This document shows, in pieces, positions 37,774 to 46,955 of a stretch of 64,000 nt of DNA. Both the position numbers and the translations under genes were made by a program. The notes below the pieces were generated by a model. That model saw only the letters and a list, made by a program, of their open reading frames with translations. It ran no database searches and had not been told where the DNA came from. The stretch lies in IMG/VR virus record IMGVR_UViG_3300032770_000014, positions 1-64,000 of that record, one strand, 5' to 3'. Numbering within the stretch: position 1 is the first letter of the stretch; each line of letters begins with the position of its first letter. This DNA comes from a virus.

Positions 37774-38516
37774 GTAGAGCGAAAATTCATTCCGGCGTTT
37801 GCCTTGCCTGTTGTTGCTCTTTCCCATCCGAGAGAACCAAGACACAATTTTGTAGTCGAAGCTGTGCATCGAAGGCTACGCAGCGTATGCGCAAGGAACG
37901 CGGAGACTTTAAAAACAAAATCTTGGATCATGTAATTCTTCGCGCAGTGAATTTAATTAACTCAGGTATGACTTGGAAGAACGCGGCCAAAGCTATAGGG
38001 TTGGACCATACGACCTTGCGCAAAAGAGTTAGACTCCTTGGTTGTCCTGTTCGCCGTGGACTCCGTGGCAGCAGACTACCAAGGACTTTGAATGTTCCCA
38101 CCGATGACGCTACTCTAGCCTATATTGCAGCGATGATTGATGGAGAGGGATCAGTCCAAATGTGTAGGGGGAAACGGCTCTCGCTTTGCGTCTACATTTA
38201 CAACACTAGTCTTGATTTGATGAAATGGCTTGCTTTGGTTGGCGGCGTGTATGTGCCTCGGCACACGTTGCCGCATCGTAAGCAGGGCTATGAGTGGCGA
38301 GTAAAAGGCAGGGAAGACGCCCTTGCTTTGCTCATGGCCGTTGAGCCTTTCATGATTATTAAAAAGAAACAGGCCCACGAAGCTATTGAATTTTTGCAAA
38401 GGGAAATCGGAAAGAACTATTTCAACGCGCAAAACGTATCACCAACGGGCTTGAATCTCAACAGCCTTGTCGCCGCCATGCAAGCGGCCAAGCGCAACAG
38501 ACCACCTGCAATTTGA
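37770..38516 (+). mobile_element. Free-standing LAGLIDADG homing endonuclease fused to displaced peptidase C-terminus
   Basis: YIAAMIDGEGSV motif, FCSRSC zinc motif, HTH segment, PFMIIKKKQA; AT-rich. Confidence 0.85.
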
Positions 38517-38531
38517 AAAGGAGCTAACCAC

Positions 38532-39098
38532 ATGAAATCGCTTTTCGCAGCACTCGCAGCACTCATCCTGCTCATGCTCGTGATCCCTGGGTACGCGCAA
38601 GTCACCACGCAAGCTACCGCCTCAGCGATCCACTACGACGGCGCTTGGACCGCCGGAACCGAAGAGACGGAGAGCCTGCCGGTGGTCTACCTCGGCGCAG
38701 CGAAGAACAACATCGTATCGCTCGGCGCACGGGAGATCATTAATCCGGGCTACTGGAACATGTATGGCGCTCTCGGCAACTACCAGCCTGACCTGACGTG
38801 GCTATTCAAGCACACGGCGCTCGATCCGTCGCAGTTCACGCTTTCCTTCGATGTGGATGGTGGGATAGCTACGCTGACAGATGGCGGGACAAAACCGGCA
38901 GTCGAGGGCCGCGCTAACTTCCAGTACGCGCTGACGGCCAACACCGCGCTCACAGGCGGCTACGCTGGCGGCGGCATGATTGGCGGCAAGCCATTTGGCG
39001 TGGTCAGCGTGGGATTCGCGTACCTGTTTGGTGATCCTAACTCGACGCAGAGCATGAGCCGGAAACGGTTTCTGCTCAGGCAAGCAATCAAGAAGTAA
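38532..39098 (+). CDS. Secreted beta-barrel-like protein
   Basis: Signal peptide ending GYAQ; amphipathic strands ending SVGFAYLFG, then basic tail. Confidence 0.6.
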   Translation: MKSLFAALAALILLMLVIPGYAQVTTQATASAIHYDGAWTAGTEETESLPVVYLGAAKNNIVSLGAREIINPGYWNMYGALGNYQPDLTWLFKHTALDPSQFTLSFDVDGGIATLTDGGTKPAVEGRANFQYALTANTALTGGYAGGGMIGGKPFGVVSVGFAYLFGDPNSTQSMSRKRFLLRQAIKK

Positions 39099-39101
39099 GC
39101 C

Positions 39102-39416
39102 ATGCCCTCCATAACCCCACTCACGCCCGCCGAGTGCCGCCAGATCGACTGGGAAGTCTCGCACTACCCGTGGTGGCGCAAGCGGCTTATCGAACTGGAC
39201 ATCTTCATCAATGTCTGGTTCCTCAATGGCCTGCTCGGCGAAACAATCTCAGCCCGCGCCGGCCGGATGGCCTACCGGCACCGGTGGTGGGCCGAGTGGC
39301 TCTGCGACTTTCTGGACCTGATCGAGAATAACCATGGCCCAAAGGCGGTAGAGGCTGATCGCTACCGCGCCTGGCTGGTCGAGCAGGCCGAGCTTAATTC
39401 GGGGTTGCTGACATGA
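39102..39416 (+). CDS. Hypothetical lysis-cassette protein
   Basis: LD..IN..NG..GETISARAG..CDFLD..NH pattern common beside phage lysis genes. Confidence 0.6.
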   Translation: MPSITPLTPAECRQIDWEVSHYPWWRKRLIELDIFINVWFLNGLLGETISARAGRMAYRHRWWAEWLCDFLDLIENNHGPKAVEADRYRAWLVEQAELNSGLLT

Positions 39417-39787
39417 CCATCATGCAAGGAATCGCGCGAGAAGAGGGATTCTACGTTGAGGACAGCCGGTCCCTAAGGAACTTTAACCCCGGAAACCTCG
39501 ACCTCGAACCATGGCTTGAGCGTCCCCCCTACAACGCCGTCCTTGAGACGATCCCACACGGCTACCACGAGACGCCGCGCTTTGCCAGCTTCCCGTCCGC
39601 TAACGCTGGCTGGAGCGCCATGCGCGACCTGCTCACGAAGGACTATATCGGCATGAACGTGGCCGCAGCAATGAACAAGTGGGCGCCGCCGAGCGACGGC
39701 AACGACACTTCAGCCTACACGGAGACGATCTGCAAACTGTGCAGCGTCACGCCAGAGACGATCCTGACGGCTGAGTTGATCGGGTAG
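39413..39787 (+). CDS. Lysozyme-fold endolysin-like protein (RNxNPGN family)
   Basis: AREEG..RNFNPGNL..FASF..KWAPPSDGNDTSAY motifs. Confidence 0.7.
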   Translation: MTIMQGIAREEGFYVEDSRSLRNFNPGNLDLEPWLERPPYNAVLETIPHGYHETPRFASFPSANAGWSAMRDLLTKDYIGMNVAAAMNKWAPPSDGNDTSAYTETICKLCSVTPETILTAELIG

Positions 39788-39845
39788 AGCTTCACTGCAA
39801 GGGGAAGAGAAAGGAGGCGGAGCAGAGCCGTACAAACCGCATTGC

Positions 39846-39878
39846 ACGCGAGGGCCGGAGCAATCCGGCCTTTCGCGT
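39846..39878. terminator. Hairpin at convergence of late and early transcription
   Basis: GGCCGGA-GCAA-TCCGGCC stem extended by ACGCGA/TCGCGT. Confidence 0.6.
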
Positions 39879-39886
39879 CGGTGGGG

Positions 39887-40249
39887 TCACTTCTTCGCCG
39901 GTTCTTCCTTCGATGTCACCGATGGCTGTAGCGGCTTTGCTACGCACGCCGGGTCGCCGCTTCCATCAAGCTGCGGTATAAGATTCTCGCCACACGCTTT
40001 CACTAGCTCTTGGATTACGCCCTGAAGGGCAACAGACGTATCCTGTAGCTTTTTCTGTGCCGCCTGAAATTCGGCCTGCGCCTGCCGGTTCAGGTCATCA
40101 ACCTTGAAATACTTGGCCTTCAATTCAAGGGAGATAGTGGGAGCTTCCGGAGCCTTCGCTGGCGGCGATGTAGGCGGCTGCTGTGCGGTTGCGGCGTAGG
40201 CAGCGAGGCAGAGCGCGGTGAGGGCGATGAGGCGGATGAACAACTTCAT
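39887..40249 (-). CDS. Secreted coiled-coil protein
   Basis: Signal peptide ending ATAQ; one Cys pair. Confidence 0.65.
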   Translation of the reverse strand: MKLFIRLIALTALCLAAYAATAQQPPTSPPAKAPEAPTISLELKAKYFKVDDLNRQAQAEFQAAQKKLQDTSVALQGVIQELVKACGENLIPQLDGSGDPACVAKPLQPSVTSKEEPAKK

Positions 40250-40722
40250 TTCGATTTCTCCTTTTTGGATGGTTGATCTTGGTCTGAAAAGTACCAGTCT
40301 GCATCGCCTGTGATGTAGCCGCAGGGCATATCCTTCTTTGGCGATGCTGTGGTTTTCCTAGATGTGAGTATCTTATCGATCTCACACAAGTCTCTCTCAT
40401 GAGCGTCTAGCTCCTTACGGAAAGCATCGTATATCTGATCGCGGTTTGCGGACACTTCGTCGTATCGCCGCTGGAGATCAGCAATGTACGCCGCCACATC
40501 ATCGAGGGTGCGACCTTCGGGTAAAGTGCATTTGGTCAAATCACCCCTCGCACAGATGATTAGCACGCCCCCATCTGAGGGCAATGCTGGACTGATGGTG
40601 GTGTAGTACGTTTCTACTGATGGGAGAGGTGCCCGCGAGGAGCCGTCATAGGTTGTTGCTGGTACGCTCTGCCCCAGGACCGGCAACGCCGCGAGCAAAA
40701 GTGACGCGATGAGATGTTTCAT
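40246..40722 (-). CDS. Secreted hypothetical protein
   Basis: Signal peptide MKHLIASLLLAALPVLGQ; AAGGAG RBS. Confidence 0.65.
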   Translation of the reverse strand: MKHLIASLLLAALPVLGQSVPATTYDGSSRAPLPSVETYYTTISPALPSDGGVLIICARGDLTKCTLPEGRTLDDVAAYIADLQRRYDEVSANRDQIYDAFRKELDAHERDLCEIDKILTSRKTTASPKKDMPCGYITGDADWYFSDQDQPSKKEKSK

Positions 40723-40751
40723 GTTTCTCCTTCCCAGTCCTGGTCGCGGTT

Positions 40752-41153
40752 CTAGTCGTCGGTGGCCTTCATGCCGCGCTGCAAGTCGTCTAAGGCTGCA
40801 CGCTCGCGAATAAGGATTGCTGTGCCGTGCTGGCTCCATGTTGCGCGGACTCGCCCAACGCGAAATAACCACACAATATCTTTTTTGCGCTCTGCGATCT
40901 GGCGCTCCCGCTCCACGGTGAAGAGGTAGGCGGCGTGGATAGCTTTCGCTCTTCCTTCAGGGCTATCATCCTCCTGCCATTCTTTAAAAGAATTGTCATG
41001 CCACTTGGCGTCTGCTGGCATGAGGAATATGCCGATATGAAATTGGTCAGTTCCATAGGAATCAAGATCACGAACCCACGTTCTGACGTATTTCCACCGC
41101 GCTTTTATGTACTTCCGCTCCTGCTGCTCGGTAAGTGGCTGCTGCTCAATCAT
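40752..41153 (-). CDS. Hypothetical protein
   Basis: Coupled ORF in early gene array. Confidence 0.55.
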   Translation of the reverse strand: MIEQQPLTEQQERKYIKARWKYVRTWVRDLDSYGTDQFHIGIFLMPADAKWHDNSFKEWQEDDSPEGRAKAIHAAYLFTVERERQIAERKKDIVWLFRVGRVRATWSQHGTAILIRERAALDDLQRGMKATDD

Positions 41154-41289
41154 CGTCTTTCCCTACCTTTCTTATAGCCGCCTTCAAGTCCTGAAGATAG
41201 CAGATAATCACGAACGCGAGTACGCCGCTCCATACAAATAGGAGCACGAACGAGCAAAAGATAACATTCGCCAATCTATCCAGCGTCAT
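41146..41289 (-). CDS. Small membrane protein
   Basis: One TM helix; GGAG RBS. Confidence 0.5.
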   Translation of the reverse strand: MTLDRLANVIFCSFVLLFVWSGVLAFVIICYLQDLKAAIRKVGKDDD

Positions 41290-41701
41290 GCTCGGCTCCC
41301 TTCGCTTGCACGGAACGGGGGCTGTAAGAAGTGCGTGGATTACAGCAATTTGCCGCATTAATGGAATCCACGATAGACTGCGGATCGTTCTCTTCATACC
41401 ATTTGCGATCTCGCTCCTGTTCGACTTCTTGGAATCCGCCAGATTCCCCTAAAAATTTTTCGCCTCGTGGTTGGTCATCACCCTCTATCACATCTTTCTC
41501 GCTGACCGGCGCTTTCAGCCGCGCGTTCTCAGCCTCTAGCTCGGTGATGCGCAACCGTAAATCAGCGATGCCCTTGGTATGTTCGATAAGTTCGCCTATC
41601 TCTTCATGGTTAATTCTTATCGAAACACACTCATCTTCACGAGCAAACTTACTCCTCAATTCAAGGGCTTCCAAGATAGTCTCAATCGGCGTCTCAGTCA
41701 T
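41276..41701 (-). CDS. Hypothetical protein
   Basis: ITELEAENARLK coiled coil; overlap-coupled. Confidence 0.55.
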   Translation of the reverse strand: MTETPIETILEALELRSKFAREDECVSIRINHEEIGELIEHTKGIADLRLRITELEAENARLKAPVSEKDVIEGDDQPRGEKFLGESGGFQEVEQERDRKWYEENDPQSIVDSINAANCCNPRTSYSPRSVQAKGAEHDAG

Positions 41702-41882
41702 GCTTCCCTTCCTTCTGCTTCTGGATGTTCCGCCATGCGTCGGCCCATGCTTGTCGATCCTGTCGATTGTATCCAACGCGTTCGCCTAAGAGCCTACCAC
41801 CGGAAAACACACAGATGGATCGAATGCTATATTCAAGACGGGCATCCGGGTAGACCTGCTTCACTCTCTGCTCTGAAGTCAC
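41694..41882 (-). CDS. Hypothetical protein
   Basis: VKQVYPDA..AWADAW motif; coupled. Confidence 0.6.
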   Translation of the reverse strand: MTSEQRVKQVYPDARLEYSIRSICVFSGGRLLGERVGYNRQDRQAWADAWRNIQKQKEGKHD

Positions 41883-42319
41883 TTCCGTTCTCCCTTCTGC
41901 CCTAGCAGGCGAGTGCTAACCCTAGCAATCTCTGCTGCTATCCACGCTGGTGATTCTTTTCGCAGCCGCTCATCGTAGTGGCGCAGAGCGGCGAGCATCC
42001 CCGCTTCACCACTGCGTCCGGATGGGCCAATCTGCTGCTCAAAAGTATCCAGACACTCGCTCACCATATCCTGCTCGATCACGCGATGCAAAAAAGCAGG
42101 CGCGACGAGCGGCTCAGCGGGCGATTCATACTTTTTACGCGCTTCGCCAAAAGTGCGCGGCTCGGTAGCGAGCGCGGTCTGGCTGCATAGCTCTAAATCT
42201 TTAATTCGTTTCGCAAGGTTGATTACCGCCCCTGCGATAATCTCTGGCTCATTTGTATGGTTAAGTATTTCCCTCACCACATCCAAGTCGCCATACATCA
42301 CTTCACTGAGTTGACTCAT
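41879..42319 (-). CDS. Hypothetical protein
   Basis: Coupled ORF, 146 aa. Confidence 0.55.
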   Translation of the reverse strand: MSQLSEVMYGDLDVVREILNHTNEPEIIAGAVINLAKRIKDLELCSQTALATEPRTFGEARKKYESPAEPLVAPAFLHRVIEQDMVSECLDTFEQQIGPSGRSGEAGMLAALRHYDERLRKESPAWIAAEIARVSTRLLGQKGERK

Positions 42320-42320
42320 A

Positions 42321-42491
42321 TTATTTTCCCTTCTCCACCAGCCTCTCGCCGTCCCACACCAGCCGCCGTTCCGCTGCTACCTCGCCATACTTCGTGCTCC
42401 GCCGCTCCCACGTCACTCGACTTACCCTGCACCGGCAGACCTCAACGCCGTCGATCACGCGCGGGGCCTGGTTGCAGATGGGGCAGGTCAC
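42321..42491 (-). CDS. Small zinc-ribbon protein (56 aa)
   Basis: GTG start overlapping upstream stop; CPIC..CRC. Confidence 0.5.
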   Translation of the reverse strand: MTCPICNQAPRVIDGVEVCRCRVSRVTWERRSTKYGEVAAERRLVWDGERLVEKGK

Positions 42492-42787
42492 TTCAACGCC
42501 TCAGAGATTTCTTCTCGCATGATTTCGCGTATTACTTCTTCCAGTGTCGGTGGAATAACTGGCGCGGTTTCTTTTGGTAAACCAAAACTGCCGGGGTGCA
42601 TGATACCCATCGCTACAATGCACTCCTCGCACCAGTGCCGCGTGGGAATCGCCGCGTCAACCCACCCATCCCGGCTCCATGACGCCCCTATTCTCACTGT
42701 GATAGGTTTCAAGAACCTGTCATTATCAACTGCCGACTTGCCGCATCGATCACATGTGTACGTTGTTGTTTTTGCCATCACGTTCAC
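42488..42787 (-). CDS. Zinc-finger hypothetical protein
   Basis: YTCDRCG..WCEEC. Confidence 0.6.
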   Translation of the reverse strand: MNVMAKTTTYTCDRCGKSAVDNDRFLKPITVRIGASWSRDGWVDAAIPTRHWCEECIVAMGIMHPGSFGLPKETAPVIPPTLEEVIREIMREEISEALK

Positions 42788-43101
42788 TCTCCTCTCTGCT
42801 CCCTGTCAGATGGTCTTACCTTCTCCCGCCCCCCTGTCCCCTCTGCCTCTTCTGCCTCGTCCTCATCTTCTTCCTCATCCTCGCCCTCTCCCTCCTCCTC
42901 TTCCTCGCCTCCATGAAACTCGTCGCAGCAATCCTGCCCACAGAACACGTTCCCTTCCTCGTCCCACACCACCATAGCCTCGTCCCAGAATTCGTCCTCG
43001 GGGGGGTCATATCCGTTGTAGCCACCACTACCATTAGGCAAGGCAGGATAGGCCCGGCCGATCGCATCGCCGCAGTTCGAGCATTCAATCAACTGGCTCA
43101 T
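42784..43101 (-). CDS. Zinc-finger protein with acidic tail
   Basis: CSNC..FCGQDCC, poly-Glu tail; GGAG RBS. Confidence 0.6.
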   Translation of the reverse strand: MSQLIECSNCGDAIGRAYPALPNGSGGYNGYDPPEDEFWDEAMVVWDEEGNVFCGQDCCDEFHGGEEEEEGEGEDEEEDEDEAEEAEGTGGREKVRPSDREQRGE

Positions 43102-43553
43102 AGGATCTCTCCGGCGGAGGCCGCTGCTTGCTGCGCATGCTTCTGGGTTAGATCGTCCACAGTGGCCAGTGCGCGCTCGGTAAAGGTGACGTCCTGCCCC
43201 AGCTCCCTTCCCGGCTCCCGCTCCCCCTCCTTCCCGCATCCCCTTGCCTGCAAACTAGCCGCGTCCTCGATCATCACCTGGGCGCCATCCAGCGAGCGGA
43301 ACTCCAGCTCGGCCACCGGCACGATCTCATAGCGATCCGGCTTGTAGGTCCAGCCCCAGAGAGCGATCATCTCGGCGTTCTTTCTCTCCCACGACTCTTT
43401 CCGCGCCCGCTCGCGCCGACCGATCGCCTTCTCAGCATCCTCGCGCGACAACCACAACCCCACCAGCTGCGCGTCTGCCTCTTCGATCTCCCCACGCTCG
43501 TCGCGCTCGATCTCAACCGTGCAGACGGCGTAACATGCGAAGTTAAATCTCAT
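43098..43553 (-). CDS. Hypothetical protein
   Basis: GGAGG RBS; coupled. Confidence 0.55.
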   Translation of the reverse strand: MRFNFACYAVCTVEIERDERGEIEEADAQLVGLWLSREDAEKAIGRRERARKESWERKNAEMIALWGWTYKPDRYEIVPVAELEFRSLDGAQVMIEDAASLQARGCGKEGEREPGRELGQDVTFTERALATVDDLTQKHAQQAAASAGEIL

Positions 43554-43813
43554 GACCGCGACCTCCCCCCTCCCTCACGTCCGCCTCCAGTTCCTCCTCT
43601 ACTTCCCCCTCTACCCTTCCTGCTCGCCAGCGCCTCTCGGACCAGCACCCGGATCGTCGCCAGGACCGTCCGGTCCTCTGCCGCAGCCAGCCGCTCGATC
43701 TCTGTCATGGTCTCGGCGTCGAAATATACGTGGGCGTCGCGCTTGGGTTCAGACTTGCTGTCAGCCCCCTCAGCCCTCCCTTGCTTGCTCTCGCTCCTGC
43801 TTCCTGTCTTCAT
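43550..43813 (-). CDS. Ribbon-helix-helix transcription regulator
   Basis: HVYFDAETMTEIERLAAAEDRTVLATIRVLVREAL. Confidence 0.7.
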   Translation of the reverse strand: MKTGSRSESKQGRAEGADSKSEPKRDAHVYFDAETMTEIERLAAAEDRTVLATIRVLVREALASRKGRGGSRGGTGGGREGGGRSRS

Positions 43814-43819
43814 AAGCCA

Positions 43820-43847
43820 ATACTAGACCTTTCTTTAGGATTGTCAA
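43820..43847 (-). promoter_or_regulatory. Sigma70-type promoter TTGACA-N16-TAGTAT (leaderless)
   Basis: Perfect -35; ATG 6 nt after the -10. Confidence 0.65.
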
Positions 43848-43861
43848 GGATAAAATGGGAA

Positions 43862-46800
43862 TTATCTTTTCAGGTCCACTTCTGCCATCTCGGCCCAGTT
43901 CTTGCCCACGGCGCAATCGACCCCGATCCACAATCCCCCTGGCGCCGCCGGGCCGCGCAATACCTTGCTGGGAGACTCCAGAATCGGCCGTACCCGCGCC
44001 AAGTGTTCCTCCAGCAGCGCCTCGTCGAAGTGGAACAGGAAACTGTCGTGAATGTTATCGCAGAGCCCGTACCTGTCCACTAGCCCTTCCCGGTCCAGCT
44101 CCTTCATCTTCTCTCTGATATGCCCGAACGCGATATTGCTCAACCAGAACGAAATGGCCTCCTCGCCTTGATCGCCGTGGCCCCACTCCGACTTCCTAGC
44201 GTCCCAGCGGAACACCTCGTAGTAATGCCGCAAGTGTCCAAACTCGGTCTGTAGGAAGTTCTGCTTATGAGCTAACTCCTGTACCCACTCCTGCCACGCA
44301 AACACCTTGGGGAAAACCTCCTTATAAGATTCCAGAATGGATGTCGCCTCGAAGAGTCCAGAGAAAAATTCTATATACCTCGTATACAATCCGTTGTCCT
44401 TGAGCCCGTTGCCTATTCCCAAGCCGGCGTGCTTGACCTTGGAGTCGCGTATCTCCCTGAACTTCTCATTCGACTTCAGCCACTTGCATCGCTCCTTCAG
44501 TTCCTCATCGGACTCGTGTAGGATTTCTTGCACACGCCACAACTTCAGGAAGTGCCCGGTCATGATGCTGTGCATGTCGATGCGTGCGAGGCGGATATAA
44601 TTCGGGTCGTTGGCGAGGTAACCCAGGGTCAGGACGTGGCAGGACTTGAAATCCCATTCGCTCAGGAGTTTCCCCGGCTCGGCTGCGATCATGGATCGCG
44701 TAGCCTTGGCCAGCCGCCCATGCTTGGGAAAGTTCTGAATGTTGGGATTGCGACTGCTCAACTGTCCAATAGCTGTGGCAAACGTGAAAGTCGTATGCAC
44801 TCGACCATCTGCGTGCGGCCTGAACCCTTCCACGTAAGTTCCCTTGGCCTTTCCAATTTCACGGCACTCGATCACCTTGACGTAGAAATTGTCCTTATAG
44901 CGCGCAGATAACCGCATCAACTCCTTCTTCCCGGTCGTCTTCTTGCCATCCTTGGACTGAGGGATCTTGTGCCGTCGAGCGGTCATGTAGGCCATCAATT
45001 GAGGAGATGAGTTGGGCGAGAACTCGTAGACCCGGCACCAGCGGCGGTCAGTCGAACCAGTCGAGCCCTCCGAGCCCTCCGAGAACGGACGGAGGTCGTA
45101 GAAGTACCTCTCGCCCTCTTCCAGTTCGCCGTCCTCGTTCTTGGTCGGCGGCTCTTGGAACCGCTCCTGCCTGACTTGGGTCAGCTCGTTCTCCGTGATG
45201 GCCTGCCAGCGAGCCAGCTTCCCTGCCCTCTCTGCCTTCTCGCGCTGGGCCTTGGTCAGGGGCCTCTCTGTAGGCCCAGTGGCAGGAAGGGGCAATTCCG
45301 GGGCAGCAATGACCCTCTCCAGCACCTCCTTCAGCCCCGCAGGGACCGTCTTGTACCCGCCCTTGGGATGGATCTTCCGGGCCTCGTCAGGGAACTTCTG
45401 GTCCAGCTCCGCCCTGGCCTCCCGCTCCGCCTGCTCGAACTCTGCCCCCAACGCCATTCGCTTCTGGTCGTTTATCGGCAACCCCTGATCCTCCATCTTC
45501 GCCAAGATTGGCCGTACCTGCTCGACCTGAGCGACATAACCAGCTGACTGCCGACCGGGAACCGAGTCCCACCAAATCTTGCGGTCCTCCATCGTCTTGC
45601 GCGTGGTCCGGTAAACGCGCAAGGAAGCGTCCGTATCCACAATTCCATAGAATTCCAGACACTGATCGTTGTAGTGCTTCCACGGAAAGGGGAACGAGGA
45701 GAAGGAGGCCGAGAACTGAAGGTGGGCTGGCAGGTCCGGCTGTGCGAAGTGGTGCTGCTGGAGGGTATCATGGACCGTACCAGTAGGCAGGAAATAAGAG
45801 GGATCTGAGAAGTCACGCTCCCCGACCGCGCGCAAGACCTTCTGGTCGAACAGCCAGTAGTTATGACCGCACTTGGGCAGCGATAGTCGCAGCAGCCACC
45901 TCGTCGCTGCAATCCCGTCCTGGTCCCACTGCAAGGCAATCCCTTGACCCGGCTCGATCGAGAACTGACTCAGCCTGACTTGCGTGTCCGTGAACCCGTC
46001 CGTCGCGTCCTCGTCCAAGGAGGCCGATTCGTAGGTCTCGATGTCATGGCTCAGGCACAGGTACGACCTCTCCCGTTCGTCAGGGCTCAGGGCCAGCCAG
46101 GCGTCCGACCGCGCTTTGACGTCCCGGCAGAACAGGTCGATCTCGCGGCGGGTCGGGTGGAGCTGGTAGCGGAGGGAGTGACGCCGGAGCCAGCAGGTTA
46201 AGTCAGCCTGCACTTGCTGCTTCCGCTTCTGCTCCCAGTCCGAGTAGTTCGCGTCCCAAGCATCCGGGTTATCCACTGGATCATAAGGACCGTCGTAGTT
46301 CTTCAGTGAGAGGTCCGGCAGGTCCAGTATGAACTGCTGATCCCTCCCCGCCGCCACGTTCACGGCCCGAGCGATATCCCTGGCCAGCACCCCCGTAAGG
46401 TGAATGGCGCCGCGGCGGAGGAAAGCTGGGTGGTAAGTTGGGACAACCAGCAGGGGGTCGGCCTCGTGGTCCCTCCCGGCTGCCTGCTCGTAGACCTCCA
46501 GCGCGCGTAAGACATATCCCCGGAGATGCCCTACCCCTCGGTGCTCTCCTGACAGCCCGGTCATTGTCCGCGTCGGCACGTTCCCCAGAGTCAGCACGAC
46601 CTTGGGCTTGAACTTTCTCAAGAAATCCAATACGTTCTGTTCGCAATGCTGGATCGCCTCGTACTCGTAGCTGGCTCCATCGAGCGCGTTCCCAAAGGGG
46701 CGGCAGAAGATTGTGTTGGCGATAGCGAACTGGTCGCGAGCCAGCCCTATCCGGCGGATAGTACGTTCGAGCACCGATCCGCTGGCTGCGTATGGCCGGA

Positions 46801-46954
46801 AGGGGAGCTGGTCGCGGGCTTCGTTTTCTCCGCTGGCCTCCCCCAAGATGGCTACCTTGAGTGTGCCAAATCCTTCAGGAGAGAGGAAATCGGAGCCAGC
46901 GGACTCCAGCGGACAGCCGTAGCACGTGAGACATTCTTTCTTCCGAGGGGTCAT
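43862..46954 (-). CDS. Family A DNA polymerase with N-terminal uracil-DNA glycosylase-like and 3'-5' exonuclease domains
   Basis: UDG family-4 motifs (CxxC, GEASG, CRP, TYHPA); exo HDIET; GQLSSRNPNIQN, motif A WDFKSCH, motif C IHDS. Confidence 0.9.
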   Translation of the reverse strand: MTPRKKECLTCYGCPLESAGSDFLSPEGFGTLKVAILGEASGENEARDQLPFRPYAASGSVLERTIRRIGLARDQFAIANTIFCRPFGNALDGASYEYEAIQHCEQNVLDFLRKFKPKVVLTLGNVPTRTMTGLSGEHRGVGHLRGYVLRALEVYEQAAGRDHEADPLLVVPTYHPAFLRRGAIHLTGVLARDIARAVNVAAGRDQQFILDLPDLSLKNYDGPYDPVDNPDAWDANYSDWEQKRKQQVQADLTCWLRRHSLRYQLHPTRREIDLFCRDVKARSDAWLALSPDERERSYLCLSHDIETYESASLDEDATDGFTDTQVRLSQFSIEPGQGIALQWDQDGIAATRWLLRLSLPKCGHNYWLFDQKVLRAVGERDFSDPSYFLPTGTVHDTLQQHHFAQPDLPAHLQFSASFSSFPFPWKHYNDQCLEFYGIVDTDASLRVYRTTRKTMEDRKIWWDSVPGRQSAGYVAQVEQVRPILAKMEDQGLPINDQKRMALGAEFEQAEREARAELDQKFPDEARKIHPKGGYKTVPAGLKEVLERVIAAPELPLPATGPTERPLTKAQREKAERAGKLARWQAITENELTQVRQERFQEPPTKNEDGELEEGERYFYDLRPFSEGSEGSTGSTDRRWCRVYEFSPNSSPQLMAYMTARRHKIPQSKDGKKTTGKKELMRLSARYKDNFYVKVIECREIGKAKGTYVEGFRPHADGRVHTTFTFATAIGQLSSRNPNIQNFPKHGRLAKATRSMIAAEPGKLLSEWDFKSCHVLTLGYLANDPNYIRLARIDMHSIMTGHFLKLWRVQEILHESDEELKERCKWLKSNEKFREIRDSKVKHAGLGIGNGLKDNGLYTRYIEFFSGLFEATSILESYKEVFPKVFAWQEWVQELAHKQNFLQTEFGHLRHYYEVFRWDARKSEWGHGDQGEEAISFWLSNIAFGHIREKMKELDREGLVDRYGLCDNIHDSFLFHFDEALLEEHLARVRPILESPSKVLRGPAAPGGLWIGVDCAVGKNWAEMAEVDLKR

Positions 46955-46955
46955 C

